A stretch of 63,165 nt of DNA, filler included, from Reticulomyxa filosa (taxonomy: Eukaryota; Protista; Foraminifera): NCBI GenBank assembly GCA_000512085.1. It is 21 parts of 21 records of this genome, joined end to end, with 100 filler letters (N's around TTAATTAATTAA, not from the genome) between each part and the next. Parts side by side here need not be neighbours in the genome. Positions count along the whole stretch, not along the records: positions 13,113 to 14,308 come from ASPP01027774.1; positions 14,409 to 18,594 come from ASPP01004310.1; positions 18,695 to 21,090 come from ASPP01012770.1; positions 21,191 to 22,835 come from ASPP01013105.1; positions 22,936 to 32,105 come from ASPP01022670.1; 16 more parts are not named here. One strand, given 5' to 3'. The position numbers and the translations under genes were made by a program. Below are positions 13,013 to 25,900 of the stretch, piece after piece. How positions within the stretch are numbered: position 1 is the stretch's first letter; the number at the start of each line of letters is the position of its first letter. The notes under the pieces are model-generated. The model saw only the letters and a list, made by a program, of their open reading frames with translations. It was not told the origin of the DNA and did no database searches.

Positions 13013-14086
13013 NNNNNNNNNNNNNNNNNNNNNNNNNNNNNNNNNNNNNNNNNNNNTTAATTAATTAANNNNNNNNNNNNNNNNNNNNNNNNNNNNNNNN
13101 NNNNNNNNNNNNACAAAACAACTTGAAAAAAATAATTGTTAAAATTTTTGTATATTGTTTCATTTTTGGTTATAAAAAATTGATTAATTTACAGATAATT
13201 GAAATTAAAATTGTTTTTTTTTTTTGAATGAATAATCACTTTTTCTTGAGTAATGATTTTTCTTAGAAAAGAAAAAGTTTTCCCTTTTTAGAAAAAATTC
13301 TCTTCGACATTACGAATATGGTGTTGGCTCTTCTTTAAACAACATATCCAAGCATATACAACATGGAGAGTTCCTTTGCCAATGTATTCCTCTGCAAAAA
13401 TGTAATAGCTGCCGAAAAAAAAGAATAGAGTCAGTGTAAACTCAAGACAATTAAAATAACAACATTATTCGAAAAAAAGGTTTAATCGCGGCCCAAACAG
13501 ATACGCTTATCTATTGTAATCTCTGCTGACATGAACAATATTCAGATTGATGTTTTATATCCATTTTCACAGTCGAAGTGAGGATACAAATTTCATGTGC
13601 CATGCACTTTCAGAACAAATAACAAACTGAACGTGAAAAAGAAAAAGCTAGTCTTTGGATGCTACAATATTTGATTTTCTTTTTTTTTTTTAAGGTGTCA
13701 AAATGAAAAATGGATATTTTAATTTTCTAAGGATCAATCGCAATAAAATAAACAAAATTGAAGCTTTAATTATCATCATCGTCGCTGAGCGTAGGTCATG
13801 CAACTCTTAAATTTCAAAAAACTTAAAAGAAATATTTAATGATAAGGAAATAAAGATTTGGGAGGGTTTGCCTATTTATTTTGTGTTAATCATTTGTGAT
13901 AATTCTCAATGGAAAAGAATTATTTTTAATTAAAAATTTACAGCAATTATTTGAAGATTTTGTGTTGGATACCTTCAACTACAATATTTTTAACATATTC
14001 TTGAGTATAACAAGAAAGGCAGACTTTTTTTTCCTGACAACTGAAAAATAAATGACGAGAAAAAAAAGTTTGACATTGGTTGTGAT

Positions 14087-14308
14087 ATGGCATATATATC
14101 AAACCAGAATCGAGCACTTTTTGACTTGTTCAATCAAAATGATAAGACTGTTTCAAGTATGGAACAGAAAATTCCAAAAGGTATAGATGACAAAGATTGG
14201 CCTAAACCACCATTTTTTGATCCTTCGAAACCGATAATGTCACAAAGATTCGAGCCAAGCCGAGCAAGTTTAAGAGAGAAGACAAACAAAACAAAAACAA
14301 AGGAGGAG
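14087..14308 (+). CDS. Hypothetical protein, 5' fragment
   Basis: ATG-initiated ORF running into a spacer; no domain recognised. Confidence 0.35.
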
Positions 14309-14408
14309 NNNNNNNNNNNNNNNNNNNNNNNNNNNNNNNNNNNNNNNNNNNNTTAATTAATTAANNNNNNNNNNNNNNNNNNNNNNNNNNNNNNNNNNNN
14401 NNNNNNNN

Positions 14409-14552
14409 AATAAAAAACTAAATTCAAAATTATATTTAAAAACTACACGATTTGTAGATATTTTTTTTTTAAATTTTGATTAAATGTTGTTTTTTCATGG
14501 AGAAACACAATCATCTCTATAAGGTGTCAACTTTCTTTTTTATCTTACTGTA
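14409..14552 (+). repeat. Dispersed ~130-170 bp repeat, copy 1
   Basis: Near-identical reverse complement of 38868-39036. Related copies at ~36463-36570 and ~59236-59362. Confidence 0.85.
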
Positions 14553-14819
14553 TATTGACAAAAGTTATTATCACTTTGGAGGTTGTTTAAAAATAACAAA
14601 TGGTAATTATTTTACTTAATTAATCAAAATGGATTAAACTATCTTTTGAACCATAACACAAATTAATACAACAACCACTATCACTGTTGCTTTTGCTGTT
14701 ATTTTTTATTGTGGAATTTAAATCATAATATTCTATTATCTTCTTTATCATCTCCTTAACCGCATACAATTCTTTTTTATTTGGTTGAATATCCCAAAAT
14801 CATATTGTATTCTTTTATT

Positions 14820-15505
14820 CTAGGGCATATTGCTTTGAACAGCAAGCACTCAAATTGTTAAACATATCGAATATATCACAAACGAACACTTTTATCTCTT
14901 GGCTCAGATAATATTGTATTTACTAATTTATTTCCTATTTTCTGAATTTGATACAAAGCAATTAGATTGAATATAATTATCAATTGTTAAAGTATCATGT
15001 TTAATACATTGAAATGTATTTAAATTAAATACACTAATATTAACAAGATAAGTAATAAATAACAAATTATTGCTTCTCCACCAATCACTACAGTATAATT
15101 ATCATTATCTCTTCCAATGATAATTGAATGATTGTGATTGTCTGTGAAAGGAATCCATTGATTGTAATTGTTTAATTCATTTGATTTGTTTGATATATCA
15201 CTCCAAACACTTATATATTTCATCATCAATGTATGGTTATAATCTCCACCAAAAGACAATAAAGTGATTTTATTATTGTCTTTGTTGTTGTCCTTATCTA
15301 CCAGTTTCACTACAGTGTCCCTATAATTCAACATCACTTGGATACGCACAGATCAACTTGTATTCATTTTTGAGTGTACGACAAGAATAACAAGCTCTTT
15401 TTTCATAACATCCACAAATGAAGAGTTCATGTTTGTGTAGCACATTGAGAATTTCTTAGTGGAATGGGCAACTCTTCCAAAATTTAAAAGTTTTCGTCAC
15501 TCATG
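14820..15505 (-). pseudogene. Kelch-repeat pseudogene (paralog of 5973-7293)
   Basis: ITLLSFGGDYNHTLMMKYISVW..., YNQWIPFTDNHNHSIIIGR and VVIGG are present, broken by frameshifts and stops. Confidence 0.8.
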
Positions 15506-16073
15506 TTGTAGTTTAATTTTTTTTAAAAAAAGGGAAAGCACATGGAAAAAGTCCTTTCTTTTTAAAAGTAAAAAGTGTAATTTGGCTAGAAAAACGAAAA
15601 TTAAGATTTTCTTATTATAAAATTACCACACAATTGCATATAATTATAGAATGTTTTAAAACTATATAAAAATCTTTGAAACATTGAAATGACTATTCAT
15701 CCTTTTTCCAAAAACAAAACAAGATCATCTTAAAAATTATTTTGTTTAAGTTCAGAAAAGAAAAAATTTATGCGTGAGATTTACACTGTCGAAAGTTGGT
15801 TAGTTTTGTTTGAAATTGGATGCAGCACGTATATATAGTTTAAACTGTTTTCAAAAGTTTTGTTAAAAATCTTTTGGAAGAAAAAGCTAAAGAGTGTGAA
15901 GTCAAAATATAACTGTTAAATTCGGTAAGATAATCAAGCCATTGGCAATAACAACAGCAATAAACTATGATTTTTTTTTTAAATTGGATGGAAATACAAA
16001 ATACGTATTGCCTTGTTTATACATATCCGTTCGATTGGAATCAACAACAATTTTAAAAAAAAACATGCAAAAT

Positions 16074-17894
16074 TCATAGTTTGTCACAGTAATCAGAAAA
16101 TACTGGCAACTCTTCTTTCAACCCTTTCCATTTTCTTGTTTGCAGTAAAACACGATAAGCATGTGTTCCTTCCTCCATTGGATTTCCAGCTATTAGTTTC
16201 CATTGGCTAAATTTCATTTGAGAGACTGCTTTTCCGTCAGTGCTTTGTCTCAACAAAGTAGTGAATCCAAAAGACTCCACGACGGGCAAATGTGCTCGCA
16301 CAACAAGTAATTTTGTCCTTGAACATTGTTGAATCTGTTCAATTTCTGCACGTCTGCTGTGCAAGGTGTTGATCACCCCTCCTTGCACATCTGGAGGAGC
16401 AACGATCTCCACCAAATATACTGGCTCCATAAGTCTCGGTCCACTCGCCAATTGGCAAGCATAGCATGCACGTTTAGTGCAAGGCATAATTTGTCCTGCA
16501 TTGCGACGAAGTGGATCAGGATGAAGCATGACACTTTCCAAATTGAAGCGAACACCGCGAAGAGGATTCTCACACAAAACGCCAGATCTGGTAGTATGCA
16601 TGAAAGCTGCAGTGACACTATCTCTAATTTCGTGTATATATTGTACCCCTTTGGTAAGATCAACAAGTACATTGGATATCCCATCCGGATAGCATCCAAA
16701 TGTCCAAACTTTCCGAGCCTCTCTAACATTCCACAAATATTTGTCTTCCAAATCACGAGCAAATACTTTCATATTTGTGATTTCCCCAGTTGGGATAGCC
16801 CCTATTTCGATGTCTTTCATAAATTCTTCCTCCAAAGGAGTCGCCCACATGAACAACCGGTTACGCTTGTTCGAGGACTCTGCTAAACATGTCTTGGGAA
16901 AAATGGAGTCAGTTCCGGTGCGGGTTGTAATGGTCTCTGTAGATAGCACAAGAGGCTCCGTTATGTTTATATCCTTTCCTTTCATTGTGCAATCTTCACT
17001 CAATATCTTCAGACAATAATCCAAATGAAATTCTCCTGCACTGGAAAGTACATGCTGTCCGGATGTATCCACGCATATCCTTGCAGAGGGCTCCAACTGG
17101 CTCAATCTTTTCAATCCTTGCACAAGATGAGACAAATCCGCTGGAGATTTGGAGTCAATGGCCACTTGCACGACAGCAGCCTTTGCGGTGGAATAGAAGG
17201 TGTTTCGGAATGGATAGAATTCTTTGCTATCAGTCAACGTCCCTGAATTCAATAAAAATTGATCCACATCCAATATTGTGCATACATTCCCAGCTGGACA
17301 GTCGTGAATTGGCTCTGGTTTGCACGTATATCCTCCCCCTCCGTTCCAACCGATGCTCCCAACTTTCTTTACATACAAATCCTGCTTTGCATTATATTCA
17401 TAATCTGGCCCCAAAATTCGAATCTCTTCACTTTCTTTAATTGTCCCACTAAACACTCGACCAAATGCATAACACTTTTGTCCATGATCTCCAAAAGGTA
17501 CCATTTTGGCAACGTATACTGACATGGGTCCACTCGCATCGCACTTTGCCACGGCAGCTGCTTCGAGAGTGTCCAAAGGGCCACTGTACAAGTTGACCAC
17601 ACGGTAATGCTGTGCCTCCAATGGAGATGGCAGCTGTCTTACCATCATATCCAATAATGCACGACTGGCTGGTATCCATGTACACATCACCTTTTTCATC
17701 AATTTCTTTGAATTTTGGAGCCAGGTGCCTCCAACGTCCATCTCTGCCTCTATCTCCTTCTGTTGCAATGACAATCGCAGTGCATTCACTATCGGCATTA
17801 ATTGGTCTTTCTTCCCAGCCATTATCGAGTCATACAGCGTTCGAATTGGATGCAACACAAACTGACAAAATCCTCTCATTAATTTACCCTCTGT

Positions 17895-17927
<33 letters not shown>

Positions 17928-18556
17928 TTTATTAATAATTACATTTTTTTGTCATTAAACAAAAATATGATATGTACATATATGTATACATACCAGAATT
18001 TTGAGTGACCCACTCTTTTGCAAGTGGGTCCCAATAGTGATCACCCCACAACATATTCAGCATCTTTTTAGTGGGCAAACCAAACTTTGATGCATATAAT
18101 CGAGAAAAATCACGCAATGTGAATCCCCATCCCTGAAGTCCACTTCCAAATGCAACGCGCTCAGTGTGTGGCAAGACCTTACCATGTCCATTTTTTTTTT
18201 TTTTTAAAAAAAAAAAAAAGTACTTTATATATGTGTATATATATATATACATATATGTGCATGTACATCAAACTTCATTGCTTTCCAAATTTTGGTATTC
18301 ATATGTTTGACAAATTACATTCACAGCCTCAATGATACCGGCGCAAATCTGATAGCAGTCTTCCAAAGGTGAACGCAACTCAGAAAATACACAGTCCAAC
18401 TTGTTCAAAAACAAAATGGGACGAACTCTGTCGGAAATTGCTTGTCGCAGCAAGGTCTCTGTCTGCATGCGCATGCCTTGCACACAATCCACCACAATCA
18501 ATGCACCGTCACTCACACGTAATGTCGTTGTTACCTCGCTCCAAAAGTCGGCAATA

Positions 18557-18557
<1 letters not shown>
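16074..18557 (-). CDS. EEF2: Divergent eukaryotic elongation factor 2 paralog (5' partial)
   Basis: Exons 18557-18274, ~18177-17994 and 17890-16074. Motifs: DF.SEVT..LRV.DGA..VVDCV.G...QTET.LRQA, NKLD, VAFGSGL.GW.FT, AFGRVFSG, GVQY..EI.DSV, PRLMEPVYLVEI, LPV.ESFGFT, and the C-terminal DKL typical of eEF2. Confidence 0.93.
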
Positions 18558-18594
<37 letters not shown>

Positions 18595-18738
18595 NNNNNN
18601 NNNNNNNNNNNNNNNNNNNNNNNNNNNNNNNNNNNNNNTTAATTAATTAANNNNNNNNNNNNNNNNNNNNNNNNNNNNNNNNNNNNNNNNNNNNAAATAA
18701 ATAAATTGTAAGGATATATAAAATGCATAAACCCTCAC

Positions 18739-21048
18739 TCAAACTGGTATTGGCGAGGGCGTGCTATATGCGTTAACATGCGCGGCAGTATTGGTAGTGG
18801 ATTGATACAACGGAAAGATAGGAACGCGACTTTCTCCGGATTGTTCTTGTGTCGATGATCGATATTCTTTGTCTCGATCGACTTGAGTCACCAATTCGCT
18901 TAGCGTGTGCGACCCAACTCTCTTGGACAGCCGAGAACTGCGATACTTTTCTTCTGCCTCTTTCTGTTCTAATGTCAAGCGACGACGTACACGTGGAGAT
19001 GGAAGCATTCCACTGGAGCTTTGTACGTCTTTTATATATATATGTATATATATGTATATGCATATATGTACACATATATACATATATGTATACACACGCA
19101 TATATACATATATATATATATATATAACCATGTGGAGCCAATCGTATGTTATCATAAATGGGTGGAAGTGGAGTGGAATCTATATATTGGAACACAAATA
19201 AGTAATTTCATCTTTTTATGTATACGTAACGGATGACAACGTGGAATGTATAGAGATGCACAAAACTATTCCTTTGAATGGGAGCGAAAGTTCGTGAGGA
19301 CAGATGATGGATAAACGGGGGCGTAAACAATTCGCTGTACAAATCTTTGGGTGGGAATGGCCATTGTCCGGTGCTGTCGTCGACATCCACAACGAATTGG
19401 TACTGATTATTGCGACGATTAATACCAAGCGTAGCGGAAATTTCAAAGAGATCGTGTTCGATCAGCTTCTGTTGCATGTCCGCAAGCAACGCCGACTCTT
19501 CCAATTGGGTAAAATACGAATGATCCAAGTGGAACTCGCTGTTCACATCGTCTTCAAACAACAAGACATCAAACTTGTTGGGATGGTTCACATCGGTGCT
19601 CACGGACACGTTTGACAATCTTTTTTGTCGCAGCATTTGCGTATCTGCGCCTTGCACCGGAATTGGCGGAGCCTGCGGTTGAACACTCCACAATAGCAAA
19701 ATACGGAACTTGGGAGCTTTGAAGTTGTCTTGTTCTTGTTCTTCTTCTTCTTCACTTGCAATGCTCAATTTCATTTCTTCCTCCAACACCTCCTCTTCCA
19801 ATTCATCATCTTCATCTTCGTTCTCGTCCTCTTCGCCGTCCATCTCTGCATCCGCATCACCGTCGGCATCTTCTTCGTCCCTCTCTTTGGTGTTGTTATT
19901 GGCATTCGCAGTGCCATTGTTGTTGTTGTTGTTGTTGTTGTCGGCAGACTTGTCACTTTTCACACTGAGTGGACCACTGTCATCGGATTGCACATTTGCT
20001 GACACTGTTTTCTTTTTCTCTTTGTCTTTATCTATTTCCGTCGTTTCTTGATTTATTTATATTGTAATAAATAAATAAATAAATAAATATTTATTTATTT
20101 ATTTATTTAATATATGATATAAAAATCAATACCATTGCTTTTGGCTGGTCGAGGTGAGGTTGCTTCTGGCGTAAGGCCTTCACGCTTTTCTTTTTTCAAT
20201 TGCTTCATGGCTTTGGCCAGGGACTTTTCATGTTGGCGAACGCCCTTTTCCACCATTTTGGACACTCGGGCCTCCCTCTTTTGCTCTTTGATTTGCTGAT
20301 TCATATCTTTGTTCTTGTACTGCTCGACGAGCTTTTCGATTTGCTTGTCCGCGAATTGCTGTTGCAAATGGTACATGCGATGCACCGACGGCGGGACGAA
20401 CATCAATCCGGCGGGGCCAATCATCCAAGGAGGGACCGGTCCATGATAATACGGCATGTGCTCGTCAAAGTACGAGGCGCTGACTTTGCCTTCCGTCACG
20501 GCCTCGTTGACTGGGACAGAAAAGGCATCAAACACAGGCATATGATGAATGTTTGGAGCGTTTGCGTAATGACGAATGTCTTGGTACCGAGGGTCCAATG
20601 TCAGTTCGAATGACAAGATTCCGACCAATGGGGCATCACTATAGTTGCTAAATACTTCGATTTCGATTACATTTTTGGAAAGAATTTTATTTGGAATTTG
20701 ATTGAACTGTCCATCGATCCACCACATTGGTCGACTCAGTCTTCCCATAAATGTATCATTCGTAATTCGCAAACGAAGACTTGCGGGATACACCGTGTAG
20801 TCTGGCTTCAATCTTGCCATCACACCGCTTTTATTCGTATGATTCCCTGTAAACCCACCATTTCCACTACCTGCCATCCCACCTGGGCTTGTCCCCAATC
20901 CCGTCGTGCTGCTCGGCCCTACTCCTGCGTTCACATTGCTGTCCACGTCTGTTTGAACCATTGGCTCGTACCCTGCTCTTGTCTCTTCCATTGCTGTGTT
21001 CTCATCAATGGGAACTGCATTGCCTCGGGATGGGCTCACTATTTGTGT
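18739..21048 (-). CDS. Hypothetical protein with acidic/poly-Asn region (multi-exon, partial)
   Basis: GC-rich ORFs 20107-21039, 19208-20005 and ~18739-19030 on the same strand, separated by AT-rich introns. No domain recognised. Confidence 0.6.
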
Positions 21049-21052
21049 TCAT

Positions 21053-21090
<38 letters not shown>

Positions 21091-21233
21091 NNNNNNNNNN
21101 NNNNNNNNNNNNNNNNNNNNNNNNNNNNNNNNNNTTAATTAATTAANNNNNNNNNNNNNNNNNNNNNNNNNNNNNNNNNNNNNNNNNNNNTACTCTAAAC
21201 TAAAAAAAAAAAAAAAGGAGGATAAATTCAATT

Positions 21234-21593
21234 TCAATTTTGTGAAAAAAAAAAAAAATATTCGCAAGCAAAGTCGCACCTCTCTGATAAGGATTTTTGT
21301 CGAACACTATCGGTCGACGCCGAACTATTTTCTTTCTCTTGGGGCTTTTTGTCGTTCGAGTACACTTTTGGACGGAACAGGAAGCTTCGAAAGGCCCAGC
21401 GAGATACTGGACGCAACACCAAATGCAAACCCACGAATCCCACTGCTGTGTACACCAGCTGATTTGTTTGGTCCGCGTTGAACGCTTCCACACCCCCGCC
21501 CAAATTAGACTGTGAATGTGTGTTCAGGCCCAAGGGCTGTGATGAAGGGGCTGGTGGTAAGTTCACTTTCGTTGATGGATTTTGAGATTGCAT
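21234..21593 (-). CDS. Small putative single-pass membrane protein
   Basis: ATG ORF with one hydrophobic segment (LVYTAVGFVGLHLVL). The 3' end is probably spliced. Confidence 0.5.
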   Translation of the reverse strand: MQSQNPSTKVNLPPAPSSQPLGLNTHSQSNLGGGVEAFNADQTNQLVYTAVGFVGLHLVLRPVSRWAFRSFLFRPKVYSNDKKPQEKENSSASTDSVRQKSLSERCDFACEYFFFFSQN

Positions 21594-21904
21594 ATTTATT
21601 TTTTGGTGTTTATTATAATAATAATTTTTTTTTTTAAATTCCTTCCCCTTTTGAGCTTAGTTTGTTTTTTTTTTTGTTTAGCAGCAAGAGAGGGTGCAGG
21701 TGACAAGGTTGAAATATCTGGAAAAAAATGAATTTGCAGTGGATAGTTGAGTGATTTACAAGTAAATTTATGTATGTGCATACATATATGTATATATCTT
21801 TTTTTTTTGTTTTTAATAACCCAAAAAGAACATTCCAAAATGATTAGCCCTTGCAAAGTGAGTTGTAAGAGAAAAAGAAGAAAGTTAAAAAGGGAAAGTG
21901 TGCA

Positions 21905-22835
21905 TTAATAAAGAGAATCCCATTTGTCATGTTTCCCGCATAACAAAGACCTAGGATCTGTGTTGTGATCGAGTTCGCACTGCAAAGCCCAATAGTCTCT
22001 TTGATCGGAGTCGAGCACAAAAGGAGTGCAAGAGCGTGTGGGCAGGAGTCGAGACTGCCGAAGGTGGGAGTGAAAGAAGGAGAGAGGGGAGGCATGGAAA
22101 TGTGGAGAATGATACGTCCAATTTAAGCGTTGCAAAAGAGGTTGAATGATGAGAGAGTAGACGCGACGAAAGAGAGAGGCTTTATGCAAGAGAGAGGGAA
22201 CAAATGAAGGTAGCTGCACATGCATGGATCGTTCGATGCAATGGACGACAGAGGAGATGTTGAGCATGGAGGCATTGCAGATGTATTCCAGTCTGTTCTC
22301 CTGTGCAAGGATGGACAAGGCATGATCGTGTTGGCTGTGGAAGCGCCGGCCTCCGAATTTGCGAAAGGTGCAGAATCCGTCCATGATATTGATAAACATT
22401 ACTCCGTATTTCATTGCTTCGAAAACGGAAGGAGCTTCGCAAGGAGTGCCTATTCCTTTTTTTTTTTTATATAAAAAAAAAAAGTAAACACATATATATA
22501 TATGTATATATGTATATATATATATATATATACATATACGTAACCAAGTAAAAAAGAAGATTCGGCCAACAAAGTATGCCATTGTTCGGTGGTTTGAAAA
22601 CCAATCCATTGAACAGACTTAATCAAAAGAGGCTGTATATTGACTCGAGGCAAATGCAAGATATCGGTGAGATTTAAGACACTGTACAAAGTGACATTGT
22701 GAACAAAGGCCCAACGCGCCACTCGAAGCAAGTACTCGAGTACCAAAGGTTCGAGCAGATAGTTGATGGTATGCGTGTAGATTATTCCTTGTCGTTTTTT
22801 GTTGAACACAGTTTCACTATTGCTGTTTGTAGTAG
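21905..22835 (-). CDS. GT18 / MGAT5 (GnT-V)-like glycosyltransferase, C-terminal part
   Basis: Spliced WHTLLAESSFLLG/IGTPCEAPSVFEAMKYGVMFIN...FHSQHDHA...LPSFVP...RVYSLI parallels MGAT5 LLRETKLFVGLGFPYEGPAPLEAIANG.AFLN...SQHPYA...PYMP...RI.AFI. Confidence 0.7.
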
Positions 22836-22937
22836 NNNNNNNNNNNNNNNNNNNNNNNNNNNNNNNNNNNNNNNNNNNNTTAATTAATTAANNNNNNNNN
22901 NNNNNNNNNNNNNNNNNNNNNNNNNNNNNNNNNNNAC

Positions 22938-22979
<42 letters not shown>

Positions 22980-22982
22980 TTG

Positions 22983-25900
22983 TTAAAAAAAATAACCTAT
23001 GACATAAGGATAATATGTATCTTCTCGAATTCGATTTGAAATAGTGATTGTGTTCAACGACCCATATGCAAAAGCACATTCCGATGACGAATCTGTGGTC
23101 ACAGAGAGGAAGGCATTGTTGTTTGTCGCATCAATGTTGGTGACAACAGCCGAGCAATTGGCCATTGGCGTTAAAGCAAACGAGATGTTGTTATCGGCGG
23201 TGTGTGGTGATAGCACATTGGATAGCTGCAGTCGTACACGTCCGTACATGGGGTTGAAGGACGCCGAGGCAAAAGGGTTGGGCGACTGATACTGCACTCC
23301 ACCTCGCAGGACAGATACATAAGGTGTCGTTTCAATCACAACGACTCCCGTAGCGAGGGTGTCATAGACCTTATCCCACAAGGTCAAAGTATACGTATAT
23401 GTGCTTCCTCCCTCTAACAATCCCGACTCGACTTGTGGTCGTCAAACCAGTACTACTCTGTCCAAGCAAAACAGACTCACACTCGTGCTGCACACCTCGC
23501 CAATCTACGCTAGTGCAATTCCATTGCGGACTGTAATACGTGGTGACATTGGCACTGGTGACAAACGAGGGAAAAACAAAGATCGAGTATGCAGACAGCG
23601 TGACATTACTATTGAAGTGAACAGCTGAATATCGCAGTCTACCACCAAAGGCAATGGGAGGTGGCAGTATGGTCAGATATACGTACTCTGTGGTATTCAC
23701 TTGAGAATTTATCGGATGCGTCGCGGTCACTGCAAATGCATACGTGGTCCAGTAGTCTAATTTTCCGACAGGCACATTAACGTCGTCACGTTTGCCGTGG
23801 TCACATTCCATGAGCGCAAGTCGATTGCTGTCCCTTCCATATACTTATCGTTTACCCATTTCCTATCGCTGGGATCATGTTCCACTGTATTGCAAAAAAC
23901 AGACACATTCACACGTGATCCTAATAAAAAAAATGCTAATGTTTACAAGTTTTGATACAAAACTTGGATACTTTGCCATTGAATAAAAGGGATATGGACA
24001 TCAGACGACGCAGTATGGTCGCAACTCGAAAAGGCCACGTCAACAGTAAGACTGGCGACGTCGACAAGTTTGCGTTGTGGGACAAGCACGTGATAGTGAA
24101 GTGCTCCCCCGTCAATGAAAACGCGCGGCGTCGAAGGGTTATTGGTAATGGTCACATTTACCGTACTGGTGCTTTGAACACCGAGCCAATTGGTAACGTT
24201 GACACGAATGTGCAGACTAGACGTGGAGGAGATGAGACCATGCGGTATGCGCAACACACTGCTGTCCAAAGCCACGTGGTTTTGAGTGAGCCAACTGTCG
24301 AGTGTCGTCGTGTCATCTTCACCGTCGACCACACTCCAGACATATTCCAAAGATCGTCCGTCACTGCCAGCAGACCCATTGGCGAATAATTCAATATCAT
24401 CGCACTTGGATATATACGTGGCGCCAAAAATGCGAGCATTCACCAAAGGATACGAATCTGGGGGAGCAACTTTAAAAAAAAAAAAAAAATTATGTTTCAT
24501 GTTGGGACATTCATTATACATGCATTGTAGAGAAGGAGAAAAGATTTTGTTTTAACCGACAGCATGAAGTAATGAAGCATTTGCTTGTGTTTGCAAAGTG
24601 TTGCATTGTAAGGCAATACGAGACGACAACACTTGCACTGAGGACGTCCCCAAAATAAGAGAATGACCATACCCCAAGAGCAGCAGCAATGTGTTGGCCG
24701 AGTGCCATGAGCACAAGGGACGAGCAGTGGAAGGAGAAGAAGAAATATCTCCCAACCATGAGACGGTGAGCGAGTCCACCAGCAAAGCGCAGTCAAAGTT
24801 ACCACTTGGCACCCCTCCCAAGTTGGTATCTTTGTCAAATGTCAACGCGACGATATTTCCACTGGAGAGGAGCTGAGCCGACATTAATTGCGGTGGTTGT
24901 GTCCCGCAGGCCTCCTCTTTCCTCGTTACATACGTTTTGGGCGTTGCACTTCCTGCTGTAACACTAAACGATATCATGTTGCTGTTCGTCACATCCAATT
25001 GCGTTAGCTCGTTCAAGTTCTCCACAATCTTGTCCTTCAACTGACTGTGGTAGTGTGGCGTATCGAATGTCGTCGCAAGCACGCTCACATTGTACCATTG
25101 CAACTCTGCCGTCACATCTTTATTTGCATTATTATTATTATTTTTTTTTTTTGTTAATTAATGAGTTGATTATAAAAAAAAAAAATGTTATGATTGAAAA
25201 AAAACCTGTCTTATTGGTAGTTGATTCGACCTCGGAACTGGTAACACCCAAATATTGCTGGAGGATTTGGAAAATGGCACTATCGGACGAATGTTGTATC
25301 ACTTGTTGAAAGGCGACCAGATTGTGCAGTGCATATGTAATGTCCAGACTGGAACTCGAACATGCAATGGTGGGTATGTTTGCATAGGTATTCCAGCCAA
25401 AGTATTGAGCAATTGACTCTTTGGCGTGGACTTGATTGGTCACGTTGGCACATTGCGAAAGCGACATTGGCGACTGCACCACATAGCGGACCGTCGCGAC
25501 AATGACATATTGAAGTAGACTGACAAAAGGGGACACGTCCTCCTCCACGACTCCAAACGCCTGCATGCATGACGCAAACAAGGCACGTCGCCAATAAGCT
25601 TGAAACGGAACGTCGTCGAGCACTTTGTCCAAGAATACATGAGATTACGTATTCATTGGAAAAATAACACTATGGGCGATGCAGTAGGAGATATACGCGG
25701 AAGTGGAGTCGGCGATTTGGTGAGACGTTTGGGTGGATGTGCTAGAAGGCAATGTAGTTAATTGTTTGTCGGATGTTTTGTGGGGACATTGGACGGGATA
25801 TACGTTGGGAAGACAGTAGATCAAATGGTCGATACGGTCGGATTGGTGGTTGGTAAACGTGTGACAAAGTGCACAGTTGATTGTGGTATGGGGATATGGG

